From contig CACEKT010000002.1 in assembly GCA_902560225.1 (NCBI GenBank), positions 932-64,931 of the forward strand: a stretch of DNA of 64,000 bases, given 5' to 3'. Origin of the DNA: an uncultured Pelagibacteraceae bacterium (GTDB lineage: Bacteria > Pseudomonadota > Alphaproteobacteria > Pelagibacterales > Pelagibacteraceae). A program made the position numbers and the translations under genes. Within the stretch, counting starts at the first letter, position 1. Each line of letters opens with the position of its first letter. Below the pieces are notes generated by a model. That model ran no database searches and was not told the DNA's origin. It saw only the letters and a program-made list of their open reading frames with translations. Shown piece after piece: positions 1 to 10,119 of the stretch.

Positions 1-2684
1 AAAAAACTTATAGTAAACATCAGATTTTTTGTTGGCTTTAGATCTCTATCTTCGTAATAAGTTTTATTAAACCTAACTCCTGCAGTTAGACAATCGTTTT
101 TGTACTCATAAATCAAGTCATAATACTCAGTAAGATTTATTTCACGATTTCTTCTTGTTTTAAAAGAAATTGAATTTTCTTTATTAAAATCAAATTTACT
201 AACATTTTCAAAAACATTTGTATTACCTAACACAGAGTCTTCTTCAATAAAGTTAAATTTTGTTATGAAATTATTTAGTGATAAACCAAGCCCTATTGAA
301 TTGTATTCAAAACTTTCAATTTTATTATCTATAGCAAAATTATAATCTAAATTTACAAATTCAGATATTGCATAATCAATTGAGCCAAAAAGATTTGAAT
401 TTTTTTTATTAAGTGTCGTTTGTGAAGGTATATTGTTTTCAGTATTGTCTCTAAAAACTGAACCTAATTTAAGTTCTAAATAATTTTCTTTATTTTTTTT
501 ATTTTCTTTTTTAAAATCTATTCCAAGTGTTAAGGAATTTCCTGTTTCAAAAGTATCATTTATTCCAAGTCTATTAATATCAAAAATATTATCCATGTTT
601 ATTTTTCTTTCACTGGAAGAATAATCTTTCATATCACTGGGATTTACTCTTAGAGATAATCTTGGTATTAAAATATTGTTATGATTTTCATTTGTTTTGA
701 TAAGAGGTAATTCTGAGTTAAGTTCAATTAGAGATAATAATTCAAGTTGTGGACTTGATTTGTATGTAGAAACATTTTTTCCTACACTATTTAAGTTTTT
801 AAAATATATGTTAAAATTATTTTTTAAACCTAGGTTTTCAAAAATTTTATCATTCGTTTTAAAATTAAAATCATTAATAATTCTAGACTTAACATTATTG
901 GTATTATCTAGAGTGTTATTACCTTTTGAATAAATATTAAAATGCCCATAATCAGTTTTTATTAGAGATTTGGAAAAATTATAATAAGGAAAAACAAATT
1001 GGTATCTATCACTGTGGTTTTTTGTTAAGTCTTCATAAATGTTAGTTCCCCCAGACAAAGAGAATTTTTCATTTTCTAAAAAAATATCAAAACCTGAATT
1101 TAAAATATCAAAATTTTTTGGCTTTATATCGCTTTTACTCAGACTATCTCCAAATATCTTTAAATAAGTATCTTTAGTTACTCTTTCCGTAAAAATATTA
1201 AAATCACTTTGGAAAAAGCTTTCTAATTTGAGATCCTTTTCAAACCTAGCAAATAAATGATTAATATTTTTTTTCTTTTGTGTTGCAGAGGATTTAAACC
1301 CATTTGTTATTCCAAAGTCTAAAATCAGTGAAGATCTTTCATTTTTTTGTCTATATTCATTTTGTATCATTTTTATATCTTTAGAAAAAAGAATTGGATT
1401 AAATGTTAAATCTTTGTTTTCTGAAAGAACATGGAAATATGGTATACTTAAAGATGATCCTAAAATATTTGAACTATTGAGTCTAGGTTGTAAGAAACCT
1501 GATTGTCTTTTAACTGTTGGATCTGGATGAAAAAATTTAGGAAAGTAAAATACTGGAATATCATATAGCTTTAATACAGTGTCATCATAAATTAGTTGTT
1601 TCTTTTCTTTATCATGCTTAATTTCTGATGCTTCTAGTCTCCATGGCGGACAGCTATCTGTTTTTTTACAACTAGTAAACACAGCCTTTTTAATAGATGA
1701 AATTCCATCTTTTTTTGATAAAGATGTACCATATATTCTTGGGTCATTATCAGTTTTACCAAAAATATTTTTTTTTAATTTAATTTTGACCTCACCAGTT
1801 TTAAAGTTTTGATTCTTTAAATCAAAAAATCCATTTTCAAAAAAATACTCATCACTTTCACCTTTTGGTAAATTTGAATTTTCAATAATAAATACATCTG
1901 TTCCTTTTAAAAATTCATTTTCAATTTGATAATCAAAACTACTAAGGCTGTAAAATGAAAAATTATTATCATTAATTGTAGTTTTGTGAGACGAATATAA
2001 TCTCATTTCATCTTGAAGAAATGTTATATTTTTTGAATTAAATTTATATTTTGAGTCTAAAAATAAAATAGTTTCACCATTTGTAGAAATTTTATTAATT
2101 TTTTTGAGATATTTAATTTTTTTTGTATTAATAGTAATATTTTTATTTACATCTTTTATTTTAACACTGCCATCCGCAATTACTTTTTCTTGATTTTTAA
2201 AATAAGTAGTTTTATCAGCATCAATTGTGATATTTTTATTTATATCTTTTATTTTAACACTGCCATCCGCAATTACTTTTTCTTGATTTTTAAAATAAGT
2301 AGTTTTATCAGCATCAATTGTGATATTTTTATTTATATCTTTTATTTTAACACTGCCATCCGCAATTACTTTTTCTAGAGTTTTAAGATATAAAATCTGA
2401 TCTGCAGACATAGTAATGTTATTATTTTTATCTTTAAATATGACATTACCTTTTGAAATTAAAGTTTTGCTAACTTTATTATATTCAAAATCTTGAGCTT
2501 TTATATAAATACCATCATTCGTAAAGGCTTCTCCTCCATTATAACCCTTAACAATATTTCCATTTTCTTTGATTTCAATTTCTGAGACATTAAAGTTAAA
2601 TAATTCCTTTGCCGAAATGCCCTGCATATTAAATAAATTTATTAATAAGCAGATAAAAAAAATATATATAAAGTTACTTTTCAT
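1..2684 (-). CDS. lptD: LPS-assembly protein LptD (3' end runs off the window; absent from the ORF track)
   Basis: ATG at 2684 overlaps the lptG stop. The same frame holds at ~2400 (ADQILYLK) and at the window edge (DCLTAGVRFNKTYYEDRDLKP). Contains FTSCKK..CPPW and YFPKFFHPDPTVKRQSGFL motifs and follows lptF-lptG. Confidence 0.9.
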   Translation of the reverse strand, partial: MKSNFIYIFFICLLINLFNMQGISAKELFNFNVSEIEIKENGNIVKGYNGGEAFTNDGIYIKAQDFEYNKVSKTLISKGNVIFKDKNNNITMSADQILYLKTLEKVIADGSVKIKDINKNITIDADKTTYFKNQEKVIADGSVKIKDINKNITIDADKTTYFKNQEKVIADGSVKIKDVNKNITINTKKIKYLKKINKISTNGETILFLDSKYKFNSKNITFLQDEMRLYSSHKTTINDNNFSFYSLSSFDYQIENEFLKGTDVFIIENSNLPKGESDEYFFENGFFDLKNQNFKTGEVKIKLKKNIFGKTDNDPRIYGTSLSKKDGISSIKKAVFTSCKKTDSCPPWRLEASEIKHDKEKKQLIYDDTVLKLYDIPVFYFPKFFHPDPTVKRQSGFLQPRLNSSNILGSSLSIPYFHVLSENKDLTFNPILFSKDIKMIQNEYRQKNERSSLILDFGITNGFKSSATQKKKNINHLFARFEKDLKLESFFQSDFNIFTERVTKDTYLKIFGDSLSKSDIKPKNFDILNSGFDIFLENEKFSLSGGTNIYEDLTKNHSDRYQFVFPYYNFSKSLIKTDYGHFNIYSKGNNTLDNTNNVKSRIINDFNFKTNDKIFENLGLKNNFNIYFKNLNSVGKNVSTYKSSPQLELLSLIELNSELPLIKTNENHNNILIPRLSLRVNPSDMKDYSSSERKINMDNIFDINRLGINDTFETGNSLTLGIDFKKENKKNKENYLELKLGSVFRDNTENNIPSQTTLNKKNSNLFGSIDYAISEFVNLDYNFAIDNKIESFEYNSIGLGLSLNNFITKFNFIEEDSVLGNTNVFENVSKFDFNKENSISFKTRRNREINLTEYYDLIYEYKNDCLTAGVRFNKTYYEDRDLKPTKNLMFTISF
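2151..2376. repeat. Exact 93-bp tandem repeat (~2.4 copies) inside lptD, encoding EKVIADGSVKIKDINKNITIDADKTTYFKNQ
   Basis: ttaacactgccatccgcaattactttttct starts at 2161, 2254 and 2347 (period 93). The intervening sequence is identical. Confidence 0.97.
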
Positions 2685-3746
2685 TAATTCTTGATGCTGT
2701 AAGCATTATTGCAAAAGTTAAAAATAACAAAGGTACCCAAACTGAAAAAATATAATTTATTTTTTCAGTTACACCAAGAATAATAAAAAGATTATTAAAA
2801 TAATATATGACAACACACAAAAATAAACCTATTGAGATTTTTAAGGTATTGCTTTTAAATTTTTTACTATTAAGCATTATAACACTCGATAAAATGGTCA
2901 TTATTATCAAATAAATAGGATATGATATTATTTTTGAATTTGAATATTTACATCAATCGTTGAATAGTTCAATAAATCATAATTTCTTTTTAATTCAATT
3001 AATTTCATAAAAGAAAGGGATGATAAATTAGAAAATAAACTTTGAATTCTTTCATAATTAAAGTTTGAATTAATTAAAATTTTTTCCTTTTTTTGACTGA
3101 TATTTTCAATAATAATTTCTGGCTCTATAACTATCCACTGATTATTTGTAATATCAATTTTTTCACTTTTAATGTTTCTTACAACTTTAAAGCTTTTGTC
3201 GAATTCCGTAATAAAATTATTAATTAAAAAATTATTGTTAATTTTTGCAGAATTAATAATTAGAATTTTGTTATCAATTTTATCTCTAATCCAAAGTCCA
3301 TTTTTATTAATAACAGCAAGATATTTACCATCTTTAGTATAGCTAGATTTTAATTCCAAGTAAAAATTTTTAAGGTTTGATGAAGTATTATAAAATAAAC
3401 TAATTATTATTAGACTAAGTATCAAAGAGATAATACTTATTATTAATAATATTTTTGAATTTTTTAGTCCTGAATATTTAAAAATTTGAATCTCATCATT
3501 ATTAAACAGTTTTATATAAAATAATTGTGTAGATATTAAAAAAATAAATGGAAAAATTTCAAAAATCATTGAAGGAGAATTGAGTAAAGATAAATAAATT
3601 GTAAAAAAAATATTTACATCAATATTTTTAAAAAATTCTAATTCAGTCAAAAGATTAATTATAAAAACTAAGCTAAATATTATTAAGAGAGCATAAAAGA
3701 AGGATTTTAAAAAAGTATTTATAATAAATTTAATATAAGTTTTCAT
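2674..3746 (-). CDS. lptG: LPS export permease LptG, split into ORFs 2928..3746 and 2674..2910 by a 1-nt frameshift
   Basis: YjgP/YjgQ-type hydrophobic pattern. Adding one A to the A5 run (T5 at 2931-2935 on +) joins IQK to IISYPIYLIIMTILSS and gives 357 aa. Confidence 0.85.
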
Positions 3747-3750
3747 TTTA

Positions 3751-4884
3751 TTATTTTTTGAAATTAAATTTTAATAAAAAATAAAAGTATAAAGACAATA
3801 AAGCTATAATCGGTATTAAAATTATTGCTAAATTGTTATAAAAGGAATTAGTAATAAATCGTAAAGTTGACTCTGAAAAAACTATTATAAAAAATCCCAA
3901 AAGAAAAACTATCATTCTATATTTTGAATAATTTATTTTTTCTTTAGAGTGAATAATTAATAATAATGCTGTTAACATTAAAACAGGAATATATAATGGA
4001 ACAATCAATCTTTTATATAGTTCTGAAATGATGTTATCTAAATTTTTAATTTCACAATTTCTCACAACTTGCTTAATTTTATTTTTATCTTTTATATTTT
4101 TATTAGTTAAATTTTTTAAACATTCACCAAGTTCTAAAGTTGTATGCTCTTGAGTTTTTTTAACTAGAATTGTATTGGTAGTAAATAAAGATAAATTAAA
4201 TTCTGACTTGGAAAAACTGAAGGTTGTTATTTTTTCATTAAATGAATTTGTATTTTGACCATCATACAATTCAAGAACTGTTACACCATTATTATTCTTG
4301 ATGATTCCTTTTTTTGCATAGGTTATTTGAAAATTATTTTTATCAGTACCTTTTTTTATATATATATTATTAAAATTATTGTCTTTATCTTTGCTCTCAG
4401 TATAAATTGTTAAGTCTTTGACTCCCGCATTAAATTTTTTTACCTTAATGAAATTATCAACAAAATTATAATCAGAGGTTCTAATAATAGATCTTGCTGT
4501 GCTTTGTGCTTTTGGAACAATAAATGCTGTTAAAATAATTTGAACAAAAAATAAAAACAAAGAAAATATAAAAAAAAAATTAATAAAAGTAATTTTGTTG
4601 ATACCAAAATTCCAATAAATTAATAATTCATTCTTTAATTCATATTTTGCAATTACATAGGAAAAACTAAAAAAAAATGCAAATGGCAATATTTTGCTCG
4701 CTATTTTTGGAAAACTCAAGATTGCATAACTTAAATAAACACTATAGTCACGACCATCATCGATAACGATATCTAGATAATTAACCGCTTGAAACACCCA
4801 AATTATAACAGTTGTACTTATTAAACTAATGATAAAAAAAATTAAACAATCTGATAAAAATTTTCTATATAGAATTTTTTTCAT
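3751..4884 (-). CDS. lptF: LPS export permease LptF
   Basis: YjgP/YjgQ topology (3 TM, periplasmic domain, 3 TM). Lies upstream of lptG-lptD and divergent from pepA. Confidence 0.85.
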   Translation of the reverse strand: MKKILYRKFLSDCLIFFIISLISTTVIIWVFQAVNYLDIVIDDGRDYSVYLSYAILSFPKIASKILPFAFFFSFSYVIAKYELKNELLIYWNFGINKITFINFFFIFSLFLFFVQIILTAFIVPKAQSTARSIIRTSDYNFVDNFIKVKKFNAGVKDLTIYTESKDKDNNFNNIYIKKGTDKNNFQITYAKKGIIKNNNGVTVLELYDGQNTNSFNEKITTFSFSKSEFNLSLFTTNTILVKKTQEHTTLELGECLKNLTNKNIKDKNKIKQVVRNCEIKNLDNIISELYKRLIVPLYIPVLMLTALLLIIHSKEKINYSKYRMIVFLLGFFIIVFSESTLRFITNSFYNNLAIILIPIIALLSLYFYFLLKFNFKK

Positions 4885-4945
4885 TGAATTATGATATTTT
4901 TATTCATATATAGCACTCAACTCCTTTAAGGTGTATTTAAAACTT

Positions 4946-6403
4946 ATGACTGTACAGATTAATTATAAAACTAATATTTTAAAAAAAACCCCTACTAACC
5001 TTATTGTATTTGTTGATGAAAAATATAGTACAAAAAGTCTAAAAAACCATATATCGAATCAAGAAAATTCTTACATAAATGACTTATTAAAAACTTGTGA
5101 TGTTAAAAAAAATTTACTAGTTTTTGAAATTAGTTCGAAAAAAAAAATAATTTTAGTATCAGTTAAAAAAGATTTTCAAGAGAGTGACATTGAAAATTTA
5201 GGAGCTGAATTGTATGGCAGTATTAATAATGGCAAGAAAACAAATTATTCAGTAAACACAGATTCAATTAGTAGCAAAATAGATAATTTTTTAGGACATT
5301 TCCTTCATGGATTAAAATTAAAATCTTATATATTTGACAAATATAAAACAAAAAAAGTAACAGGACAAATTACTATAAATGTAATTGGAAATAAGAATAA
5401 ATTTACAACTTATAATAAATTAAAATTTAAAGCTTTAGAAGAAGGTACTTTTTACACAAGAGATTTAGTTTCTGAACCAGGAAATGTATTGCATCCGGAT
5501 GAATATGCAAAAAGATTAAACTCACTCAAAAAAAATGGTTTAAAAATAAATATTTATGATGAAAAAAAATTAAAAAAATTAGGTATGAATGCTTTACTTG
5601 GTGTAGGGCAGGGAAGTATTAGAGGATCATATCTTGTAACAATTGAATGGAATGGAGCGAAAAGTAATTCTAAACCTTTAGCCTTTGTTGGAAAAGGAGT
5701 ATGTTTTGATACTGGTGGTTACTCACTTAAACCAGCAAAGTTTATGGAGGATATGACTTATGATATGGCAGGTTCTGCAGCAGTCGTAGGTTTAATGAAG
5801 AGTTTAGCAATGAGAAAAGCAAAAATAAATGCAGTTGGTGTTGTTGGGCTTGTAGAAAATATGGTGAGTGGAAATGCTCAAAGACCAGGAGATATTGTTA
5901 AATCTTATAGTGGAAAAACAATAGAAATTTTAAATACAGATGCTGAAGGTAGATTAGTTTTAGCGGATGCTTTAACTTTTACAGAAAAAAAATTTCAACC
6001 CAAATTTATAATAGATTTAGCAACTTTAACAGGTGCAATTATAGTTTCGTTAGGATCAGAGTATGCGGGATTATTTTCAAATAATGATAAATTATCAAAA
6101 CAGTTACTTGATGCTGGTGAAAAAGTTAAAGAGAAACTTTGGAGAATGCCTTTGCATAAAAATTTTGATAAACTAATAAATTCTAAAAATGCTGATATGC
6201 AAAATATCAATTATGTTGGTGGAGCAGGATCAACAACTGCAGCGCAATTTTTACAAAGATTTATTTTAAACAAAACACCTTGGGCTCATCTAGATATTGC
6301 TGGAATGGCATTTTCAAAGTATGGAGGAGCATTAAATTCAGGTGGAGCAACAGGTTATGGAGTAAGATTGCTTAATCAACTAATCGAGGATAACTATGAG
6401 TAA
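4946..6403 (+). CDS. pepA: Leucyl aminopeptidase (M17)
   Basis: VGKGVCFDTGG, DMAGSA and NTDAEGRL motifs. ATG 4946 preferred over GTG 4931. Confidence 0.96.
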   Translation: MTVQINYKTNILKKTPTNLIVFVDEKYSTKSLKNHISNQENSYINDLLKTCDVKKNLLVFEISSKKKIILVSVKKDFQESDIENLGAELYGSINNGKKTNYSVNTDSISSKIDNFLGHFLHGLKLKSYIFDKYKTKKVTGQITINVIGNKNKFTTYNKLKFKALEEGTFYTRDLVSEPGNVLHPDEYAKRLNSLKKNGLKINIYDEKKLKKLGMNALLGVGQGSIRGSYLVTIEWNGAKSNSKPLAFVGKGVCFDTGGYSLKPAKFMEDMTYDMAGSAAVVGLMKSLAMRKAKINAVGVVGLVENMVSGNAQRPGDIVKSYSGKTIEILNTDAEGRLVLADALTFTEKKFQPKFIIDLATLTGAIIVSLGSEYAGLFSNNDKLSKQLLDAGEKVKEKLWRMPLHKNFDKLINSKNADMQNINYVGGAGSTTAAQFLQRFILNKTPWAHLDIAGMAFSKYGGALNSGGATGYGVRLLNQLIEDNYE

Positions 6404-6806
6404 TATCGAACAAACCTTATCTATAATAAAACCAGATGCTGTGGAAAGAAATTTGGATAATGAGATTAAAGAGATGTTTAAAAATAATGGTTTTTCAATT
6501 GTAAATGAAAAAAAAATTCAGATAGAAAAATCTGAAGCTGAGAAATTTTACAAAGTCCACGAGACCAAGCCATTTTACAATGATTTATGCACTTATCTTT
6601 CATCTGGCCCAATTGTAGTGATGATTCTTGAAAAAGATAATGCAGTATTAGCAAATAGAGAACTAATGGGAGCTACAAATCCAGTGGAAGCTCAAGAAGG
6701 TACTATAAGAAAAAAATATGGAATTTCTATTGATAAAAATTCAGTACATGGATCAGATAGTGTCGAAAACGCAAAAATTGAAATAGATTTTTTTTTTAAA
6801 GACTAA
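6396..6806 (+). CDS. ndk: Nucleoside diphosphate kinase
   Basis: TLSIIKPDA and NSVHGSDS motifs. Confidence 0.97.
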   Translation: MSNIEQTLSIIKPDAVERNLDNEIKEMFKNNGFSIVNEKKIQIEKSEAEKFYKVHETKPFYNDLCTYLSSGPIVVMILEKDNAVLANRELMGATNPVEAQEGTIRKKYGISIDKNSVHGSDSVENAKIEIDFFFKD

Positions 6807-7377
6807 AAATTTCCATAATAGCTTTAGGGTATAATTTGTGTTCTTGAATTAAAATTTTATCAGCTAAAGTTTTAGGGGTGTCATACTTTTGAATTTTTAC
6901 TTTTTTTTGAAGAATAATTTTTCCAGAATCTAGCTTAGAATTCACAATGTGTACAGTACATCCTGAGTATTTTTCCTTATTTTTAATTGCCCTTTCATGA
7001 GTATTTAAACCTTTAAATTTTGGAAGAAGAGATGGATGAATATTTAATATTATTCCTTTAAAATTTTTAATAAAGTATTTTGATAATATTTTCATAAAAC
7101 CCGCAAGACAAATTAATTTTATCTTATTTTTTTTTAATTCAAAAAGTATCTTTTTTTCAGATAAATTTTTATGATTATAATTAAATACTTTTTTTTTAAT
7201 TTTAAAAATTTTTGCAAATTTTAAACCTTTTGACTTCGGGTTATTTGAAATTATCAAATTAATATTAATAGGTGATTTTTTTAGTTTTGAAAATTTTATA
7301 AGAGCTTTTAAATTACTACCTTTTCCTGAAATAAAAACTGCAGTTTTAATTTTATTAAATCCAGTCAATAGAACCAT
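6796..7377 (-). CDS. purN: Phosphoribosylglycinamide formyltransferase
   Basis: ISGKGSNL, LAGFMKIL, NIHPSLLP and LDSGKII motifs. Confidence 0.96.
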   Translation of the reverse strand: MVLLTGFNKIKTAVFISGKGSNLKALIKFSKLKKSPININLIISNNPKSKGLKFAKIFKIKKKVFNYNHKNLSEKKILFELKKNKIKLICLAGFMKILSKYFIKNFKGIILNIHPSLLPKFKGLNTHERAIKNKEKYSGCTVHIVNSKLDSGKIILQKKVKIQKYDTPKTLADKILIQEHKLYPKAIMEIFSL

Positions 7378-8383
7378 TTAGTTTAACTTTATTTTTTCCT
7401 GCAGAAATTTTTCCAATTACATAAGGTTTAAATTTTTTTTTGAAATATTTTTTGACTTTATTCAAATTTTTAGGATTAATTATTAAACAAAAACCAACAC
7501 CACAATTAAATGTTTTAAGCATTTCCTTATCGGTTATTCCATTCATCTTTAACCATTTAAAGATTTTAGATGTATTAATTTTATTTAAATTAATTTCAGC
7601 GACTAAATTTTTAGGAATGACCCTTTTAATATTATCTGCCAAACCGCCACCCGTAATATTAGCACATCCATTGATTAAATTTTTATCTATTAGTTTAAGC
7701 ACTTCTTTAACATAAATTTTTGTTGGTTTTAAAAGCTCTGTTTTTAGAAATTTATTTTTTTTAATATTAATTTTTTTTTTATTTAATAAATATCTTACAA
7801 GTGAAAAACCGTTCGAATGAAGCCCACTTGATGGAATAGACAATATTAAATCATTTTTTTTAATTTTATTTTTATTTAAAATCTTATTTTTTCCAACAAC
7901 ACCTACTGCAAATCCTGCAATATCGAATTTATCTTTTTCATATGTGCCTGGCATCTCGGCAGTTTCTCCTCCAACTAACTCACAATTAGATTCCTTGCAA
8001 CCCTTCATCACGCCTTTAATAATTGATTTTAGTTTAATTAAATTAATTTTGTTGATGGATATATAGTCTAAAAATAATAGAGGTTTTGCACCCTGGACAA
8101 TTAAATCATTTACACTCATTGCAACCAAATCAATTCCAATTGTATCATACTTATTAAGAGTATTTGCAATTTCGATTTTAGTTCCAACTCCATCTGTGCA
8201 GGCAACAATTTTTGGTTTTTTTATATGTTTTGGAATATCTGATATAGATCCAAATCCACCAATATTAGAAAACTTTTTTTTGCCTTTTTTTTTTGTTGAA
8301 ACTGATGAAATGAATTTTACAAAATTATCTGCTGCATTGATATTCACTCCACTTTTTTTATATGTAAATAATTTTTTATTCAT
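7355..8383 (-). CDS. purM: AIR synthetase
   Basis: TDGVGTK, GGETAEMP, SSGLHSNG and TFNCGVG motifs. Confidence 0.97.
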   Translation of the reverse strand: MNKKLFTYKKSGVNINAADNFVKFISSVSTKKKGKKKFSNIGGFGSISDIPKHIKKPKIVACTDGVGTKIEIANTLNKYDTIGIDLVAMSVNDLIVQGAKPLLFLDYISINKINLIKLKSIIKGVMKGCKESNCELVGGETAEMPGTYEKDKFDIAGFAVGVVGKNKILNKNKIKKNDLILSIPSSGLHSNGFSLVRYLLNKKKINIKKNKFLKTELLKPTKIYVKEVLKLIDKNLINGCANITGGGLADNIKRVIPKNLVAEINLNKINTSKIFKWLKMNGITDKEMLKTFNCGVGFCLIINPKNLNKVKKYFKKKFKPYVIGKISAGKNKVKLNGSIDWI

Positions 8384-8394
8384 TATTATGTTTT

Positions 8395-9460
8395 ATGAGA
8401 TTTAATATTAAAATATCAAATTTAAAGAAACTATATAATTATATTTGGTTTCTTGCTTTATTAAATATTTTTTTTTTCATATGCAATGCTAAAGCGAACA
8501 CATTTTCTATAAATGATATAGAGATATCTACACCTTTCGAAATAAATTTTAATAAAAACAAGATAATTGACGAAGGTTTTATGGAAGCATTTAATGAATT
8601 AATTTTATCAATTGCTAAAACGAAAGATCAAAAAAAACTTAAACAAACATCCTTAGCTAAAATTAAAAGTATGATAGAAACTTTTTCTATTAACGAAGAA
8701 AAATTTATAGATGAAATATATTATCTAAATTTAAATGTCTCTTTTAGCAAAAAAAAAGTTTTTGATTTACTTGAAAGTAATAATGTATTTCCTTCTTTGC
8801 CTACAAAAAAAAATATCTTTTTTATTCCAATAATATTTGATCAAAATAAAAATGAAATTTTGATGTTTTCAGAAAATTACTTATTTAATAATTGGAATTT
8901 TAATAATAAGAAATATCATTTGTTAAATTATATTTTACCAACAGAAGATCTTGAAGATTTTAACTTAATCAAAAATAAATCAAATAATTTAGAAAATTAT
9001 GATTTTCAAGAAATAATAAAAAAATATAATCTAAAAGATTATATTATCATGATCATTTTTAAGAATAATGAAGAAATTAAAATTTTAAATAAAATAAATG
9101 GATATAAAAAATTTAAAATTTAATAATTTAAATTTAGATAAAAATGATGAGATTGAAAAATTAATTAATAAACTAAAAATGATTTATGAAAACTACTGGA
9201 AATCTAAAAATGAAATTAATACATCAGTTAAGTTATCATTAACAGTATCAATAGATAATTCTGATAATTTAAAAATTTCTAAATTTGAAAAAACGTTAAA
9301 TAATTTAGATTTTATATATAATTTCTATATTTACAAAATTAATAATAAAAAAAACATTTACAAAATTATTTTTAATGGATCACCTGATAAGTTTTTCGAT
9401 CTTATGAAAAAAAATAATTATGATTTTATAACTCAAAATAAAGTTTGGCATATAAAATGA
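8395..9460 (+). CDS. Exported hypothetical protein (DUF2066-like position), apparently split into 8395..9123 and 9098..9460
   Basis: Signal-peptide-like N-terminus (..AKA). Two overlapping ORFs in different frames lie between purM and the hda-like gene. Confidence 0.55.
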
Positions 9461-10119
9461 AAAATTTGAACCAATTAATTTTAAAATTTGATCTTGAGCA
9501 AAATTTTAAAGATCAAGATTTTTATGTTTCCAAGAGTAATGAATATCCTTTTAAACTATTAAATAAATGGCCAAAATGGGAAAAAAATTTTGTAAATTTA
9601 GTTGGAGAAAAATTTTCAGGAAAGACACACCTAGTAAATATTTTTTTAAACAAATTCAAAGGAACTAAGTTTGAGGCTAATGAAATTAATAATGAAACCT
9701 TAAAAAAAATAAAAATTTATGAGAATATTGTTATCGAAAACCTTAATGAAGAAATTAATGAAAATTTATTTTTTACTTTATTAAATATTATTGATCAGGA
9801 TAATAAATTTTTAGTTGTAACTTCAGTTAAACCCATTGTTGATTTTACATATAAACTAAAAGATTTAAATTCTAGATCTAAAAATTTTTTATTATCTGTT
9901 ATAGAAAAACCAGAAGATGATCTTATGTTTGCATTAATATTGAAAAATCTATCTGATAGGCAAATATTAATTGATAAAAAATTAGTAGATTTTATCATTA
10001 AAAGAATTGATAGATCTTATGGCAAAATTTTTGATTTCATATATAAAATCGACGAAATTAGTTTAAAAAGAAAAAAGCCAATTGATTTTAAGGTTATTAA
10101 AGAAGCTTTAGGAGAATAA
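9457..10119 (+). CDS. DnaA-family ATPase, Hda-like
   Basis: QLILKF clamp-binding-like N-terminus, DFYVSKSN, Walker A GEKFSGKT and DLNSR. Syntenic with purM. Confidence 0.8.
   Translation: MKNLNQLILKFDLEQNFKDQDFYVSKSNEYPFKLLNKWPKWEKNFVNLVGEKFSGKTHLVNIFLNKFKGTKFEANEINNETLKKIKIYENIVIENLNEEINENLFFTLLNIIDQDNKFLVVTSVKPIVDFTYKLKDLNSRSKNFLLSVIEKPEDDLMFALILKNLSDRQILIDKKLVDFIIKRIDRSYGKIFDFIYKIDEISLKRKKPIDFKVIKEALGE

Noticed and set aside
2151-2376. CRISPR array suggested by a recurring ~30-bp word
   Set aside because: The 'spacers' are identical, the period is a multiple of 3, the repeat lies in frame within lptD, and no cas genes are present.
697-2378. Plus-strand ORFs 697..933 and 2190..2378
   Set aside because: They are antisense shadows of lptD. 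The second only mirrors the tandem repeat.
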